This document shows, piece by piece, positions 49,324 through 57,311 of a DNA stretch of 64,000 nt (its first letter is position 1; every line of letters begins with the position of its first letter). The notes under the pieces are model-generated. The model saw only the letters and a list, made by a program, of their open reading frames with translations. It was not told the DNA's origin and did no database searches. Location: positions 89,851 through 153,850 of the IMG/VR virus record IMGVR_UViG_3300027754_000045; one strand, written 5' to 3'. This DNA comes from a virus. A program made the translations under genes and the position numbers.

Positions 49324-49352
49324 ATTCTAGTCTAAGTTGTTTGGTTTGTCAA
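49324..49352 (-). promoter_or_regulatory. sigma70 promoter
   Basis: TTGACA-17-TAGAAT-8 nt-ATG. Confidence 0.85.
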
Positions 49353-49376
49353 GTGGTAAATCAAATAATTTTAAAA

Positions 49377-49715
49377 TTATTTTTTATCTCCGTAGATTAC
49401 AGGTTGTTGGCAAGCGTTCTCGGCTTGCAACAGAATGTTCTCGTTTACTACATTATCCAAGACTAAACAAGCACCATGAATCCTGCCATACAAAGCACCG
49501 ACCATTAACATGGAAGTTTCGATAAACTCCCGCACATCATCGTTATCTTCGTTTGCCGCCTTCAAAGTTTCTCCGCAATTCATCAGCGTAAAGATGGCTA
49601 GTGTCATGCCGATTGACTCGTCATTGGTCATCACTCCCTTAGCAAACATTTGCTTTACATGGTCAGGGCAAATAGCGTGTGAATCTTCAAATCGTTTCCA
49701 TTGATCTTTTGTCAT
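49377..49715 (-). CDS. Hypothetical early protein
   Basis: ORF in a tightly packed - strand operon. Confidence 0.7.
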   Translation of the reverse strand: MTKDQWKRFEDSHAICPDHVKQMFAKGVMTNDESIGMTLAIFTLMNCGETLKAANEDNDDVREFIETSMLMVGALYGRIHGACLVLDNVVNENILLQAENACQQPVIYGDKK

Positions 49716-49735
49716 TGTATTAGTTTCTTTCTTGT

Positions 49736-50002
49736 TTAATAATTGTCTGCGTCATTGTATCCATCATACTCTAGTGGAATCGGTTCAGGATCATACTGAT
49801 CTTCGTCATCAGCATCTAAACTCTTATCTTCATCGTCTGATTCTTTATCTTCCGAATCAACAACATCCATTTCGTTAGTCTGTGATCCATCATCTATTTC
49901 AACATTTTCATTCTCAAGATCATCTAAATCAATATCATCATCCAAGACAAAATCATCAGAATCTCTGTCAAATTGTTCACGATAAAATTCTTCGTAGTTC
50001 AT
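49736..50002 (-). CDS. Extremely acidic small protein
   Basis: GAAAGG RBS; D/E-dominated sequence. Confidence 0.7.
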   Translation of the reverse strand: MNYEEFYREQFDRDSDDFVLDDDIDLDDLENENVEIDDGSQTNEMDVVDSEDKESDDEDKSLDADDEDQYDPEPIPLEYDGYNDADNY

Positions 50003-50316
50003 TATTTTGTACCTTTCTTTTTAATAACTTTCTTTTTAGTCTTTGTTTTCTTAAACTGGTTTATAGTCATCGTTGGCTTAAAGTCATCCACGAATTGTTG
50101 TAGGCTTTCGTTTACTGATTCGAATATCTGATCCATACAATTCATATCACAAAATTTTTCCAAGATCATTTCACATTCTGCGTCAGTTAAAGACTGAGAA
50201 CCATCACACATTCTTACATCTTCAATTTCCCAGTATGTTGCAATTATTTTTGGATCATGACCATCAGCCATGCTTTTCATAAATGCGATCTCGTCACTCA
50301 TTTTTCTCAATCTCAT
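50002..50316 (-). CDS. Hypothetical early protein
   Basis: W..EDV..LTDAEC..IL motif. Confidence 0.7.
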   Translation of the reverse strand: MRLRKMSDEIAFMKSMADGHDPKIIATYWEIEDVRMCDGSQSLTDAECEMILEKFCDMNCMDQIFESVNESLQQFVDDFKPTMTINQFKKTKTKKKVIKKKGTK

Positions 50317-50339
50317 TGTGTTTCTTCTTTCATGTCAGT

Positions 50340-50367
50340 ATTGTAGCAAAGTTTCGGTTAGTGTCAA
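50340..50367 (-). promoter_or_regulatory. sigma70 promoter (leaderless, into a 6-codon ORF)
   Basis: TTGACA-16-TACAAT-6 nt-ATG 50333. Confidence 0.85.
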
Positions 50368-50392
50368 GTGGTAAATCAAATAATTATTAAAT

Positions 50393-50743
50393 TTATTCAA
50401 CTTCATCCAAGTCGTAACGATCACTCTTGGCGTTCTCCATTGCATACTCGTAGCACTCATAGAATACATCGGATGCCTCTGTGTTCTCGTCTGTGGTTGG
50501 TTTGCTGTTGGGGTAATAGAAAGTCTTGTGACTGCTCATATCCTCGGCAAACATGACGATCTCGTAAATGAGAACATCTTCGCAGATTAGATCAGAACCA
50601 TCTTGCGGCTCTGTATTATCTAATTCCCATTGCTCTAATGCCGTGAATGTAAACACTCTTGGAGTTCCAGTATCTACTGGAATATCTCCGTAAGTAAGTT
50701 CTACTCCATCATATTCGACTGTCTTTTCTAGTTTCTTAATCAT
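50393..50743 (-). CDS. Acidic hypothetical protein
   Basis: GAGGAG RBS; ATGA overlap. Confidence 0.7.
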   Translation of the reverse strand: MIKKLEKTVEYDGVELTYGDIPVDTGTPRVFTFTALEQWELDNTEPQDGSDLICEDVLIYEIVMFAEDMSSHKTFYYPNSKPTTDENTEASDVFYECYEYAMENAKSDRYDLDEVE

Positions 50744-50934
50744 TGTGTAATCTCCTCTTGTTCGGGTGAAATTGTAACTGAAATCATATCATGTGTCAAC
50801 GCATCAAATCCATTTTCTTCTAATTTATTTTGAATTACTTGTTGCAGTTCATTTGTAATATATTGAACTATAAGATAATTTGATTGAACAATAAATTCTA
50901 CATTAACCATAAAATTTTTCTTATTATTCGTCAT
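50740..50934 (-). CDS. Hypothetical protein
   Basis: Coupled ORF; GAGGA RBS. Confidence 0.55.
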   Translation of the reverse strand: MTNNKKNFMVNVEFIVQSNYLIVQYITNELQQVIQNKLEENGFDALTHDMISVTISPEQEEITQ

Positions 50935-51157
50935 ATTGTTTGTTGTCCTCTACATAAATGTCATCAATGTCTATTGTGTAAGGTGGTGAAATAAACCACA
51001 TTTCGTCTAATTCAGTATCATATTTTTCCATTGCTTCCATGTAAGATACTGATTTGTCTATTGTGATTGGTGACTCACTTTCAAATTCCACAGCAAACGG
51101 AACGCACTCGTAGAATTTAATCACCGCAAATTGTGAATATAGTTTATTTTTTCTCAA
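50924..51157 (-). CDS. Acidic hypothetical protein
   Basis: Coupled ORF. Confidence 0.55.
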   Translation of the reverse strand: MRKNKLYSQFAVIKFYECVPFAVEFESESPITIDKSVSYMEAMEKYDTELDEMWFISPPYTIDIDDIYVEDNKQYDE

Positions 51158-51431
51158 CGAAACACCACACTTTCTCGCCTTTGATCTTACGCAATTTGAA
51201 ATACTTTGAATAATCTAAGACTGGACTTTGAAATGCTTTCTTGCGATTATTCAATTCTCTACCTAATTCTGCAATATCATTGCCCACTAAAGTCTGTGTA
51301 TCATGAATGTACACGATCTTCTTGCCTTCGTAGTGGACTTCGTGAATACCAAATCCATCGCCCATTAAAGGGGGATATTTTAATACACGAAAGTTGAACG
51401 AGAAATCATATTTATATGTTTTTGTTTTCAT
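51144..51431 (-). CDS. Hypothetical protein (GIHEVHY family)
   Basis: Leaderless start 6 nt after TACAAT; NFRV..IHEVHY motif. Confidence 0.7.
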   Translation of the reverse strand: MKTKTYKYDFSFNFRVLKYPPLMGDGFGIHEVHYEGKKIVYIHDTQTLVGNDIAELGRELNNRKKAFQSPVLDYSKYFKLRKIKGEKVWCFVEKK

Positions 51432-51437
51432 TTTTTT

Positions 51438-51466
51438 ATTGTAGCAAGAAAGGTTTGTTGTGTCAA
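51438..51466 (-). promoter_or_regulatory. sigma70 promoter (leaderless)
   Basis: TTGACA-17-TACAAT-6 nt-ATG. Confidence 0.85.
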
Positions 51467-51495
51467 GTGTTTTTAGAATTAATTTTAATTTTTTT

Positions 51496-51750
51496 TCATC
51501 GTCTGCGTTCATTGATTGCCGTTGCCCTTCGTATGTTTTCCTTGTCTGCTGAATTGATCAATACAAGTTCGGGTGCTGTTTTATGTGACCAGTCCATGAA
51601 GCCAACATATCCTGTAGCCTTAGAACATTTCACACAAGTGTCTGTGTCAGGCAGACACTCTAATCGAGATTCTCCAATATCATTTCCGCATTCTATACAA
51701 TGTTTCAACAATGCCATCCTTTCGTGAATGATTGCTTGATTGTTTTGCAT
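51496..51750 (-). CDS. DksA/TraR-type C4 zinc-finger protein
   Basis: CIECGNDIGESRLECLPDTDTCVKC; start may be 51717. Confidence 0.8.
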   Translation of the reverse strand: MQNNQAIIHERMALLKHCIECGNDIGESRLECLPDTDTCVKCSKATGYVGFMDWSHKTAPELVLINSADKENIRRATAINERRR

Positions 51751-51923
51751 TCAACAAACTTGTCGGCTGCGTGGTGCATCTTACGCATCTTGATTGTTCC
51801 CCTGCCAACAGCACAAGGTTTCGCTGTGTGCAGGGCAGGGGAACGCAGAGCCAGTCCCTCTCTTTCGGCTTCAAGATCGAATCTGTCAAGTTGTCGCTTG
51901 CTCATCATCATCTCCACTTCCAA
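51705..51923 (-). CDS. Hypothetical protein
   Basis: Fills the operon; start uncertain. Confidence 0.45.
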   Translation of the reverse strand: MEVEMMMSKRQLDRFDLEAEREGLALRSPALHTAKPCAVGRGTIKMRKMHHAADKFVECKTIKQSFTKGWHC

Positions 51924-52128
51924 AGATAAATTTATCCATCATGGTATCTTCCATTGTAATGTGTTTTGCGATTCTGACTTCATCCTTAAAATCCATACTG
52001 TTAAAATCACAGTAATGAATAATATCTGCGATCATGTCGCTTGGATTCTCGTACTCGTAGCCCCACTCTTTCATGGCAAACTTCATGAGAGATTGGATTC
52101 TTCGTGCTGCATTCTGTTCAACGCTCAT
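51886..52128 (-). CDS. Hypothetical protein
   Basis: D.IAD..H.C....DF...R.A..H phage motif. Confidence 0.65.
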   Translation of the reverse strand: MSVEQNAARRIQSLMKFAMKEWGYEYENPSDMIADIIHYCDFNSMDFKDEVRIAKHITMEDTMMDKFIFGSGDDDEQATT

Positions 52129-52249
52129 TTGTTTTGTTGTCCTTATTTAATTCGTTTTCTTCCATGACCAGTCCAACATACCAATACAACAAATATCCCA
52201 ATACAGGTAATGTAAAGCCTACTGCAATACCACTAATCAGTATTATCAT
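52118..52249 (-). CDS. Small single-TM peptide (43 aa)
   Basis: MIILISGIAVGFTLPVLGYLLYWYVGLVMEENEL...; fills the gap. Confidence 0.55.
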   Translation of the reverse strand: MIILISGIAVGFTLPVLGYLLYWYVGLVMEENELNKDNKTNER

Positions 52250-52250
52250 A

Positions 52251-52469
52251 TTAGTCAATGTCTACCGCCTTTGTTGCATACCATTCTTCGTGGCTCTCAT
52301 CTTTAGAAAACTCTTTCAGGAAATTTTCTTCTGATCCTTCATAATAATAAAACATTTCATCCTCATCTTCGTGATCCATGTCAAGAGTTCCTATCTTGGC
52401 ATAGAAATCTGAATCTACATCTTTATAATGAATCATTACAACAAACCATGTTCCGTTTTCTTTGTTCAT
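52251..52469 (-). CDS. Acidic hypothetical protein
   Basis: ORF in operon. Confidence 0.6.
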   Translation of the reverse strand: MNKENGTWFVVMIHYKDVDSDFYAKIGTLDMDHEDEDEMFYYYEGSEENFLKEFSKDESHEEWYATKAVDID

Positions 52470-52471
52470 GT

Positions 52472-52750
52472 TTACTCAATTCCTTGAATTACATGAATCT
52501 CTACGATAGAATCATTACGGAATGAACGCCACTCCTCAATATCCAAGTCAAAGATTGCTGTAGTATTATCTTGTTTCTTATGATTATACTTACGATCACG
52601 CCATTCTTTCGGCATCAACTCAAGGTTCATTGTGCCACGCAACTTGCGTAACGATCCGTCTGCCTTTACAAAGGTTACTCGCAGGTAACCTTTGAATTGC
52701 TTTAGATTCTCAAGTGCTTCCGTACTCCATGCTTGTGTAAGCGTACTCAT
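52472..52750 (-). CDS. WYL_2/SH3 (Sm-like) beta-barrel protein
   Basis: VTFVKADGSLRKLRGT..FDLD..EWRSFR. Confidence 0.8.
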   Translation of the reverse strand: MSTLTQAWSTEALENLKQFKGYLRVTFVKADGSLRKLRGTMNLELMPKEWRDRKYNHKKQDNTTAIFDLDIEEWRSFRNDSIVEIHVIQGIE

Positions 52751-53130
52751 TGCATATCTCCTTCGGTTTGGGGTTTAGTGTCCAGTTCTCCACATTGCGC
52801 CAATTCAAGTTTCAGCATCATATTTTGATTCTCGGCTTCACGCAACTGCTGATTCAATCCAATGATTCTGCCTAGTGTGATGCCAAGATACTCGGTAGTC
52901 TTTTCACACAACTGTGTGAAATTATTGACTGGCTCAGGCTCTACATTTTCTGAAATGCTGTCAATAAACTCAAGAGAGTCTGACATCTTATCAACAATAT
53001 CTTTCACATCACGACACAGGTCAACAACTTCGCCAATGTCCATTGCTTTATCATAATTAAATCCCAAAGCAACTTCGTCGGGAGCATTTTCAACAACATG
53101 GCTGATAAACTGGTCATAGGTAGGTTTCAT
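52747..53130 (-). CDS. Hypothetical coiled-coil protein
   Basis: ATGA overlaps. Confidence 0.7.
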   Translation of the reverse strand: MKPTYDQFISHVVENAPDEVALGFNYDKAMDIGEVVDLCRDVKDIVDKMSDSLEFIDSISENVEPEPVNNFTQLCEKTTEYLGITLGRIIGLNQQLREAENQNMMLKLELAQCGELDTKPQTEGDMQ

Positions 53131-53246
53131 CGGTAATCCTCTCGGTAATCGGTTGTGTCCATTTGAAAGTCATAATCTACATCATCAAGTACATACTCTT
53201 GGTAGAGTTCATTCATGTATTCATTGTATTCAGGTTCGTCGTTCAT
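53127..53246 (-). CDS. Acidic Tyr-rich peptide (39 aa)
   Basis: MNDEPEYNEYMNELYQEYVLDDVDYDFQMDTTDYREDYR; leaderless start; ATGA overlap. Confidence 0.65.
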   Translation of the reverse strand: MNDEPEYNEYMNELYQEYVLDDVDYDFQMDTTDYREDYR

Positions 53247-53252
53247 GTGTGT

Positions 53253-53280
53253 ATTGTAGCAAAGTTTTATGGTATGTCAA
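53253..53280 (-). promoter_or_regulatory. sigma70 promoter (leaderless)
   Basis: TTGACA-16-TACAAT-6 nt-ATG. Confidence 0.85.
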
Positions 53281-53296
53281 GTAGGTAATCAAATAA

Positions 53297-53485
53297 TTAT
53301 AAAATTTCTTCAACTTCGTCTAGCCAACATTCGTTGTTAAATGACAGATTAGAAGTTAATTGTTTTGTCTGATCTGTTACTTCCGCAACGATCCATTCGT
53401 TGTCATCCTCATTGTTTGCATCACACTCAATAATGATATGAAGTCTGATTTTCTTTGGTATATTATTATTTGGTGTATCGTTCAT
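53297..53485 (-). CDS. Acidic hypothetical protein
   Basis: GGAG RBS; ATGA overlap. Confidence 0.6.
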   Translation of the reverse strand: MNDTPNNNIPKKIRLHIIIECDANNEDDNEWIVAEVTDQTKQLTSNLSFNNECWLDEVEEIL

Positions 53486-53715
53486 ATTGTTCTCCACGGA
53501 TATGCCCATTCTTGCAGTTCGATTTGTTCAGCCACAAACAGTTTAAGTTTGCGTGTGCTTGCCAAGAATGTGCCTCGGCTGTGATGAGTGAGTTTATACA
53601 TCCTTGTTTTTTTGCCATTCGGCGTTGAGAATATAATAACAGATTTTATTTTCAAGAATTTCCATCCTTGCTGTTCAAGCAATTTCCTACATTCTTTCAC
53701 ACTAAGTTTAGTCAT
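53482..53715 (-). CDS. Small basic hypothetical protein
   Basis: Coupled ORF. Confidence 0.6.
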   Translation of the reverse strand: MTKLSVKECRKLLEQQGWKFLKIKSVIIFSTPNGKKTRMYKLTHHSRGTFLASTRKLKLFVAEQIELQEWAYPWRTI

Positions 53716-54325
53716 GTTCTAGACTCCGAAGAAAGTCATTGAACTCCATATCAGACTCCATCTTGTCGAAGTGTTCTTTGTGCGAGTCTGCGAAATTAGT
53801 TGCGGCATCAACACCTAGTCTGTCAAGGTAAACTTCCAATAGTTTGGGCAACAACTTGATTCCCTGATCTGTCATCTTGCTACCTTTACGGCAATTCTCG
53901 GCTTCTGAAATAACCTGCCAGTTTACAGGATGATCCAAGCCACCCAATACAATAGGAACAATATGATCTATATGGTATTGGATTCCAAGTTCTTTCTCCA
54001 GTCTGACACACTCTGAAATTAGTTTACCACGCACAATCATTTCATCGTCTGTTAATTTAATATAAATTTGTTTCATTCGTGATCTCCTCTTGAAGTTCGC
54101 ATTTATCATGTTAATACGACTACGGACTGGGTTGTTTAATCTTGCTTTACGCTGTCGATCTCTGTTTTCTTGTGTGTGAGTAGCATTGTATTTTGTGCGA
54201 TAGGCTTTGATTTCTGCTGATTTGATTGCTCGATACTCTGCTCTACGCAATAATATCTTTGCACGATTTGCCACATAGTGTCTGCGTGAACACGCCGCTT
54301 GATCTTTTGGATTAGAGTATGTCAT
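53708..54325 (-). CDS. HNH endonuclease
   Basis: HIDHIVPI..GG.D...N.Q.I...EN..K. Confidence 0.88.
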   Translation of the reverse strand: MTYSNPKDQAACSRRHYVANRAKILLRRAEYRAIKSAEIKAYRTKYNATHTQENRDRQRKARLNNPVRSRINMINANFKRRSRMKQIYIKLTDDEMIVRGKLISECVRLEKELGIQYHIDHIVPIVLGGLDHPVNWQVISEAENCRKGSKMTDQGIKLLPKLLEVYLDRLGVDAATNFADSHKEHFDKMESDMEFNDFLRSLEHD

Positions 54326-54546
54326 GGTGTCATGTTCTCCGCTTTGTATACAATACCAACCAAGAACTTAGCCGCATCACAGGCAGCAATGAATTGCAGT
54401 TGATTGTACTCTTTAAGATTCCGTGCATTATCCTTCGCTTGGGCAATAGCCGCCGACTCTTGTGATTCAATGATTGCAAGAGTCTTGTTGCGAGCATTAC
54501 GCAATTTGGTGAATTGATCATCCAAAACGCCATCATACTCTTTCAT
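54322..54546 (-). CDS. Hypothetical protein
   Basis: AAGGA RBS; coupled. Confidence 0.6.
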   Translation of the reverse strand: MKEYDGVLDDQFTKLRNARNKTLAIIESQESAAIAQAKDNARNLKEYNQLQFIAACDAAKFLVGIVYKAENMTP

Positions 54547-54757
54547 TGGTATATTTCCTTTCGTTTGCTTCGCATTGACCGTTCATCCATGCAGACTCGT
54601 TTGCTTCGCATTGACCACTCATCCATGCAGACTCAATTAAATTTTTAAATGTTTCAATGGTGATATGAACATGATTCGTATGTTCGGGTGGAGTGAGTGC
54701 GAGTGCGATTTTAAGGAAATACTCTTTATTGATTTCCTGTTGTGTCATCTTCTCCAT
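54533..54757 (-). CDS. Hypothetical protein (paralogue of 54757-54957) with a 36-bp internal duplication
   Basis: LTPPEHT..FKNLI..AW..G.CE. Confidence 0.7.
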   Translation of the reverse strand: MEKMTQQEINKEYFLKIALALTPPEHTNHVHITIETFKNLIESAWMSGQCEANESAWMNGQCEANERKYTNERV

Positions 54758-54957
54758 TATGATGCAATCTCCTGCAATTCTTTGTTTGTTATCTCTAGTT
54801 GTTCACACTTGCCACCGATCCACGCCATGCCGATCAGGTTCTTGAATGCTTCAACGCTGATGTCAACACGATCCTTCGTGTGTTCGGGTGGAGTGAGTAC
54901 AATGCCGATGTTTACGATAAAATCCTCAGACATGGTTGTTTTTTGTGTGTCGCTCAT
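54757..54957 (-). CDS. Hypothetical protein (paralogue of 54533-54757)
   Basis: LTPPEHT..FKNLI..AW..G.CE. Confidence 0.7.
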   Translation of the reverse strand: MSDTQKTTMSEDFIVNIGIVLTPPEHTKDRVDISVEAFKNLIGMAWIGGKCEQLEITNKELQEIAS

Positions 54958-55343
54958 GATTTGATTATAACCTCGATTTGTTGCGGTGTCAAGCGATAAA
55001 ACGAATCTTTCTTAGAATTAACAGAATATATTTGCACAGTAGATGGTACTTTATCACGCACCACTTCTGCGGAGAATACCGTTTCATTACAGATTGTATC
55101 ATAAATGTTGGCTTCACCTGTTGGCAAGCCGTTGCGTAACATATTGACTGCCATCTTGGTTGCCCACGACTCTGCGGCTGCTCGTGTGGCAAAGGTTTCG
55201 TGTGCTTCCAATTCTTCAGCGTCATCGCTGAATGGATTGCAGTATGTTCCTTCGTAGCGTGTGGGTGCGACTGGGTTTCGACGATTTTGTGTTTGATTGC
55301 TCATACTAGTTAAACGCTTGAGTTTGGAGTTTGTGACACCCAT
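54954..55343 (-). CDS. Hypothetical protein
   Basis: ORF in operon; start may be 55304. Confidence 0.65.
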   Translation of the reverse strand: MGVTNSKLKRLTSMSNQTQNRRNPVAPTRYEGTYCNPFSDDAEELEAHETFATRAAAESWATKMAVNMLRNGLPTGEANIYDTICNETVFSAEVVRDKVPSTVQIYSVNSKKDSFYRLTPQQIEVIIKS

Positions 55344-55717
55344 TTTCTATAATTTGTGTAATTTGGAAATCTCGTAAGAATGTTGAAAGAATTTTTTTGT
55401 GTTTTACAGTATTGTGTGAAATGCTGAATACCATCCGTACTGTAGAGTTTAAGTTTAAGTTTCTTGTAATCTTCCCACGATATGATCCAGTATTTTCCTT
55501 TATGGTGTTGCATGATTCCCTTAAATACAGTTTCGTGAGTTAAGAAGTATTTGTGAGTGTCAGGTTTTTGTTTGGTGTGAACAATAACCCAACGCACACA
55601 TTTACCATCACGCCTGACAAGTTGACGAAGGAATACTTTATGTTTTCCGTGTTCAAATTTTCCTGTCATCAAACATATTAAAGAGCCAAATTGTTCGTAT
55701 ATCTTAGGAGATTTCAT
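55310..55717 (-). CDS. Hypothetical protein
   Basis: Coupled ORF. Confidence 0.65.
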   Translation of the reverse strand: MKSPKIYEQFGSLICLMTGKFEHGKHKVFLRQLVRRDGKCVRWVIVHTKQKPDTHKYFLTHETVFKGIMQHHKGKYWIISWEDYKKLKLKLYSTDGIQHFTQYCKTQKNSFNILTRFPNYTNYRKWVSQTPNSSV

Positions 55718-56045
55718 AATTTCTTCCAAAAATTTTATTGATAAGTTCGGCTCGTTTTAGGATTTCATGAGTTTCTATCATGCTAAAATACTGACGCACA
55801 CATTCTGTTTGATTCTTGCCAATGGCAATTCCAAGATACAATCCGTCATGTTTATCATCGTAAACTACAGGAATACGATATTTGCCTCGTGACTTATACA
55901 TAAGGTTTTTGCAGGGAAGTGCTGAATTATTATGTGATGTTACGATTCTCCATTGCCACATCGTAGCAGATTCTTTAAGAGTTTCTAACCACTTGATCAA
56001 AAAGAATGGGGACTCTCCTTCTAATAGTGTTCTACGCCATTTCAT
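55704..56045 (-). CDS. Hypothetical protein (WQW motif)
   Basis: ATGA overlap. Confidence 0.65.
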   Translation of the reverse strand: MKWRRTLLEGESPFFLIKWLETLKESATMWQWRIVTSHNNSALPCKNLMYKSRGKYRIPVVYDDKHDGLYLGIAIGKNQTECVRQYFSMIETHEILKRAELINKIFGRNYEIS

Positions 56046-56377
56046 AGTGTAACTTTTTCCTGTTGTTTATAGTATTCAACCACTCGCATCACAGTATCGT
56101 GTATCGTCTTGCCGCCGATTGGTTCTTGTCTTGTATCATGTCCAAAAGTATTCCACAGATTAGGAATTGATACTATATACGAACACTTCAAAGCATTTGG
56201 TTTGGGGCATTTCACCATTGTGCCGCTGTATGTGCATGATCTCTCAGTTTCGCCACATCCGTATTCATCATAAATCCACTCCCATTCTGTTGGGGATAAC
56301 TTGCAAATTGATATGAAGTATACGCCACCGTATATGCTACTAGTCGAATACTTTTTTTGTTTCCATTTCATTTTCAT
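56042..56377 (-). CDS. Hypothetical protein (paralogue of 56374-56712)
   Basis: GVYF.SI.KL..EW.W.Y.EY..IPN...TFG.DT..GG.TIH.TVMR. Confidence 0.75.
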   Translation of the reverse strand: MKMKWKQKKYSTSSIYGGVYFISICKLSPTEWEWIYDEYGCGETERSCTYSGTMVKCPKPNALKCSYIVSIPNLWNTFGHDTRQEPIGGKTIHDTVMRVVEYYKQQEKVTL

Positions 56378-56712
56378 AGTTTTGCTTTCTCCTCTTGCTT
56401 TTGCCAGTTTACAAGTCGCATCACAGTTTCGTGTATCGTCATACCCCCGAACATAAGGTCGGGTGTATCCTCTCCGAAAGTTTTCACAGGATTAGGAATT
56501 GTGATTACATGAGTGACACAATCAGATACTCTCGGATATTTCTTGATTGTGCCGTGTGCAGAAAATGTGCCACCTTCAGAATCGTACTCGTTATATGCCC
56601 AGTCCCATTCTTGTGGACTAGAGTTGAAGATACTCTTTGGTGGTAACTTGCGAATTGATACAAAGTATACGCCAGTATCAGTACAATGTTTTTTTGCTTT
56701 CCAATTATTCAT
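56374..56712 (-). CDS. Hypothetical protein (paralogue of 56042-56377)
   Basis: Same motif set; AAGGA RBS. Confidence 0.75.
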   Translation of the reverse strand: MNNWKAKKHCTDTGVYFVSIRKLPPKSIFNSSPQEWDWAYNEYDSEGGTFSAHGTIKKYPRVSDCVTHVITIPNPVKTFGEDTPDLMFGGMTIHETVMRLVNWQKQEEKAKL

Positions 56713-56810
56713 TTGATGCAGTTCCTTATAATGTACAACCAAAAACAAAATCCTAGACTCCAAACAATTACTCTGCCAACTACCACAATCCAGTCGTACT
56801 TGTCTTTCAT
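56709..56810 (-). CDS. Small TM peptide (33 aa)
   Basis: MKDKYDWIVVVGRVIVWSLGFCFWLYIIRNCIK; ATGA overlaps at both ends. Confidence 0.6.
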   Translation of the reverse strand: MKDKYDWIVVVGRVIVWSLGFCFWLYIIRNCIK

Positions 56811-57061
56811 ATTTCTATCCCATATCGTAAATCCATGAAACGCTGAACCACACGGAACTGCGTTTCCTCTAAGACAGTTCCAAACCCAAAGTTTGGACTG
56901 CGACTGTGTATCTCGTAGCAGCGTGGACTGGACTGTTCCATTGTGTTGGCATGAAACACATTGTTGTCGAGGAACACAGTCCATTGCCAACTTGTCCTGC
57001 TGATCTTCACAATCCGCAGAGTGCCGCCTTTTACTTTAAGTTCTCGTGAGTATTGTTTCAT
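56807..57061 (-). CDS. Hypothetical protein (WQW motif)
   Basis: Leaderless start. Confidence 0.7.
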   Translation of the reverse strand: MKQYSRELKVKGGTLRIVKISRTSWQWTVFLDNNVFHANTMEQSSPRCYEIHSRSPNFGFGTVLEETQFRVVQRFMDLRYGIEI

Positions 57062-57067
57062 AGTGTG

Positions 57068-57096
57068 ATTGTACCAAAGGTTGTGGGGTGTGTCAA
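57068..57096 (-). promoter_or_regulatory. sigma70 promoter (leaderless)
   Basis: TTGACA-17-TACAAT-6 nt-ATG. Confidence 0.85.
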
Positions 57097-57123
57097 GTGG
57101 AAAACCAAATAAATTTAATAATT

Positions 57124-57207
57124 TTAATCTAATAGTTCGGGTGCAATAATCATCATTCCGACCAACAGAATGATACAGACTACGACAATGGCGGCAATCA
57201 ATATCAT
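57124..57207 (-). CDS. Small TM peptide (27 aa)
   Basis: MILIAAIVVVCIILLVGMMIIAPELLD; GAGGA RBS; ATGA overlap. Confidence 0.55.
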   Translation of the reverse strand: MILIAAIVVVCIILLVGMMIIAPELLD

Positions 57208-57311
57208 GTGCCGTCCTCGTAGAAGATGGCATTCAAGACAAACGACAGGCATCCCAAAGCAAGGTAACCAACCACAACCCAACACATAAACTTGTACGCT
57301 AACTCTAACAT
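57204..57311 (-). CDS. Small TM peptide (35 aa)
   Basis: MLELAYKFMCWVVVGYLALGCLSFVLNAIFYEDGT; AGGAG RBS. Confidence 0.55.
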   Translation of the reverse strand: MLELAYKFMCWVVVGYLALGCLSFVLNAIFYEDGT

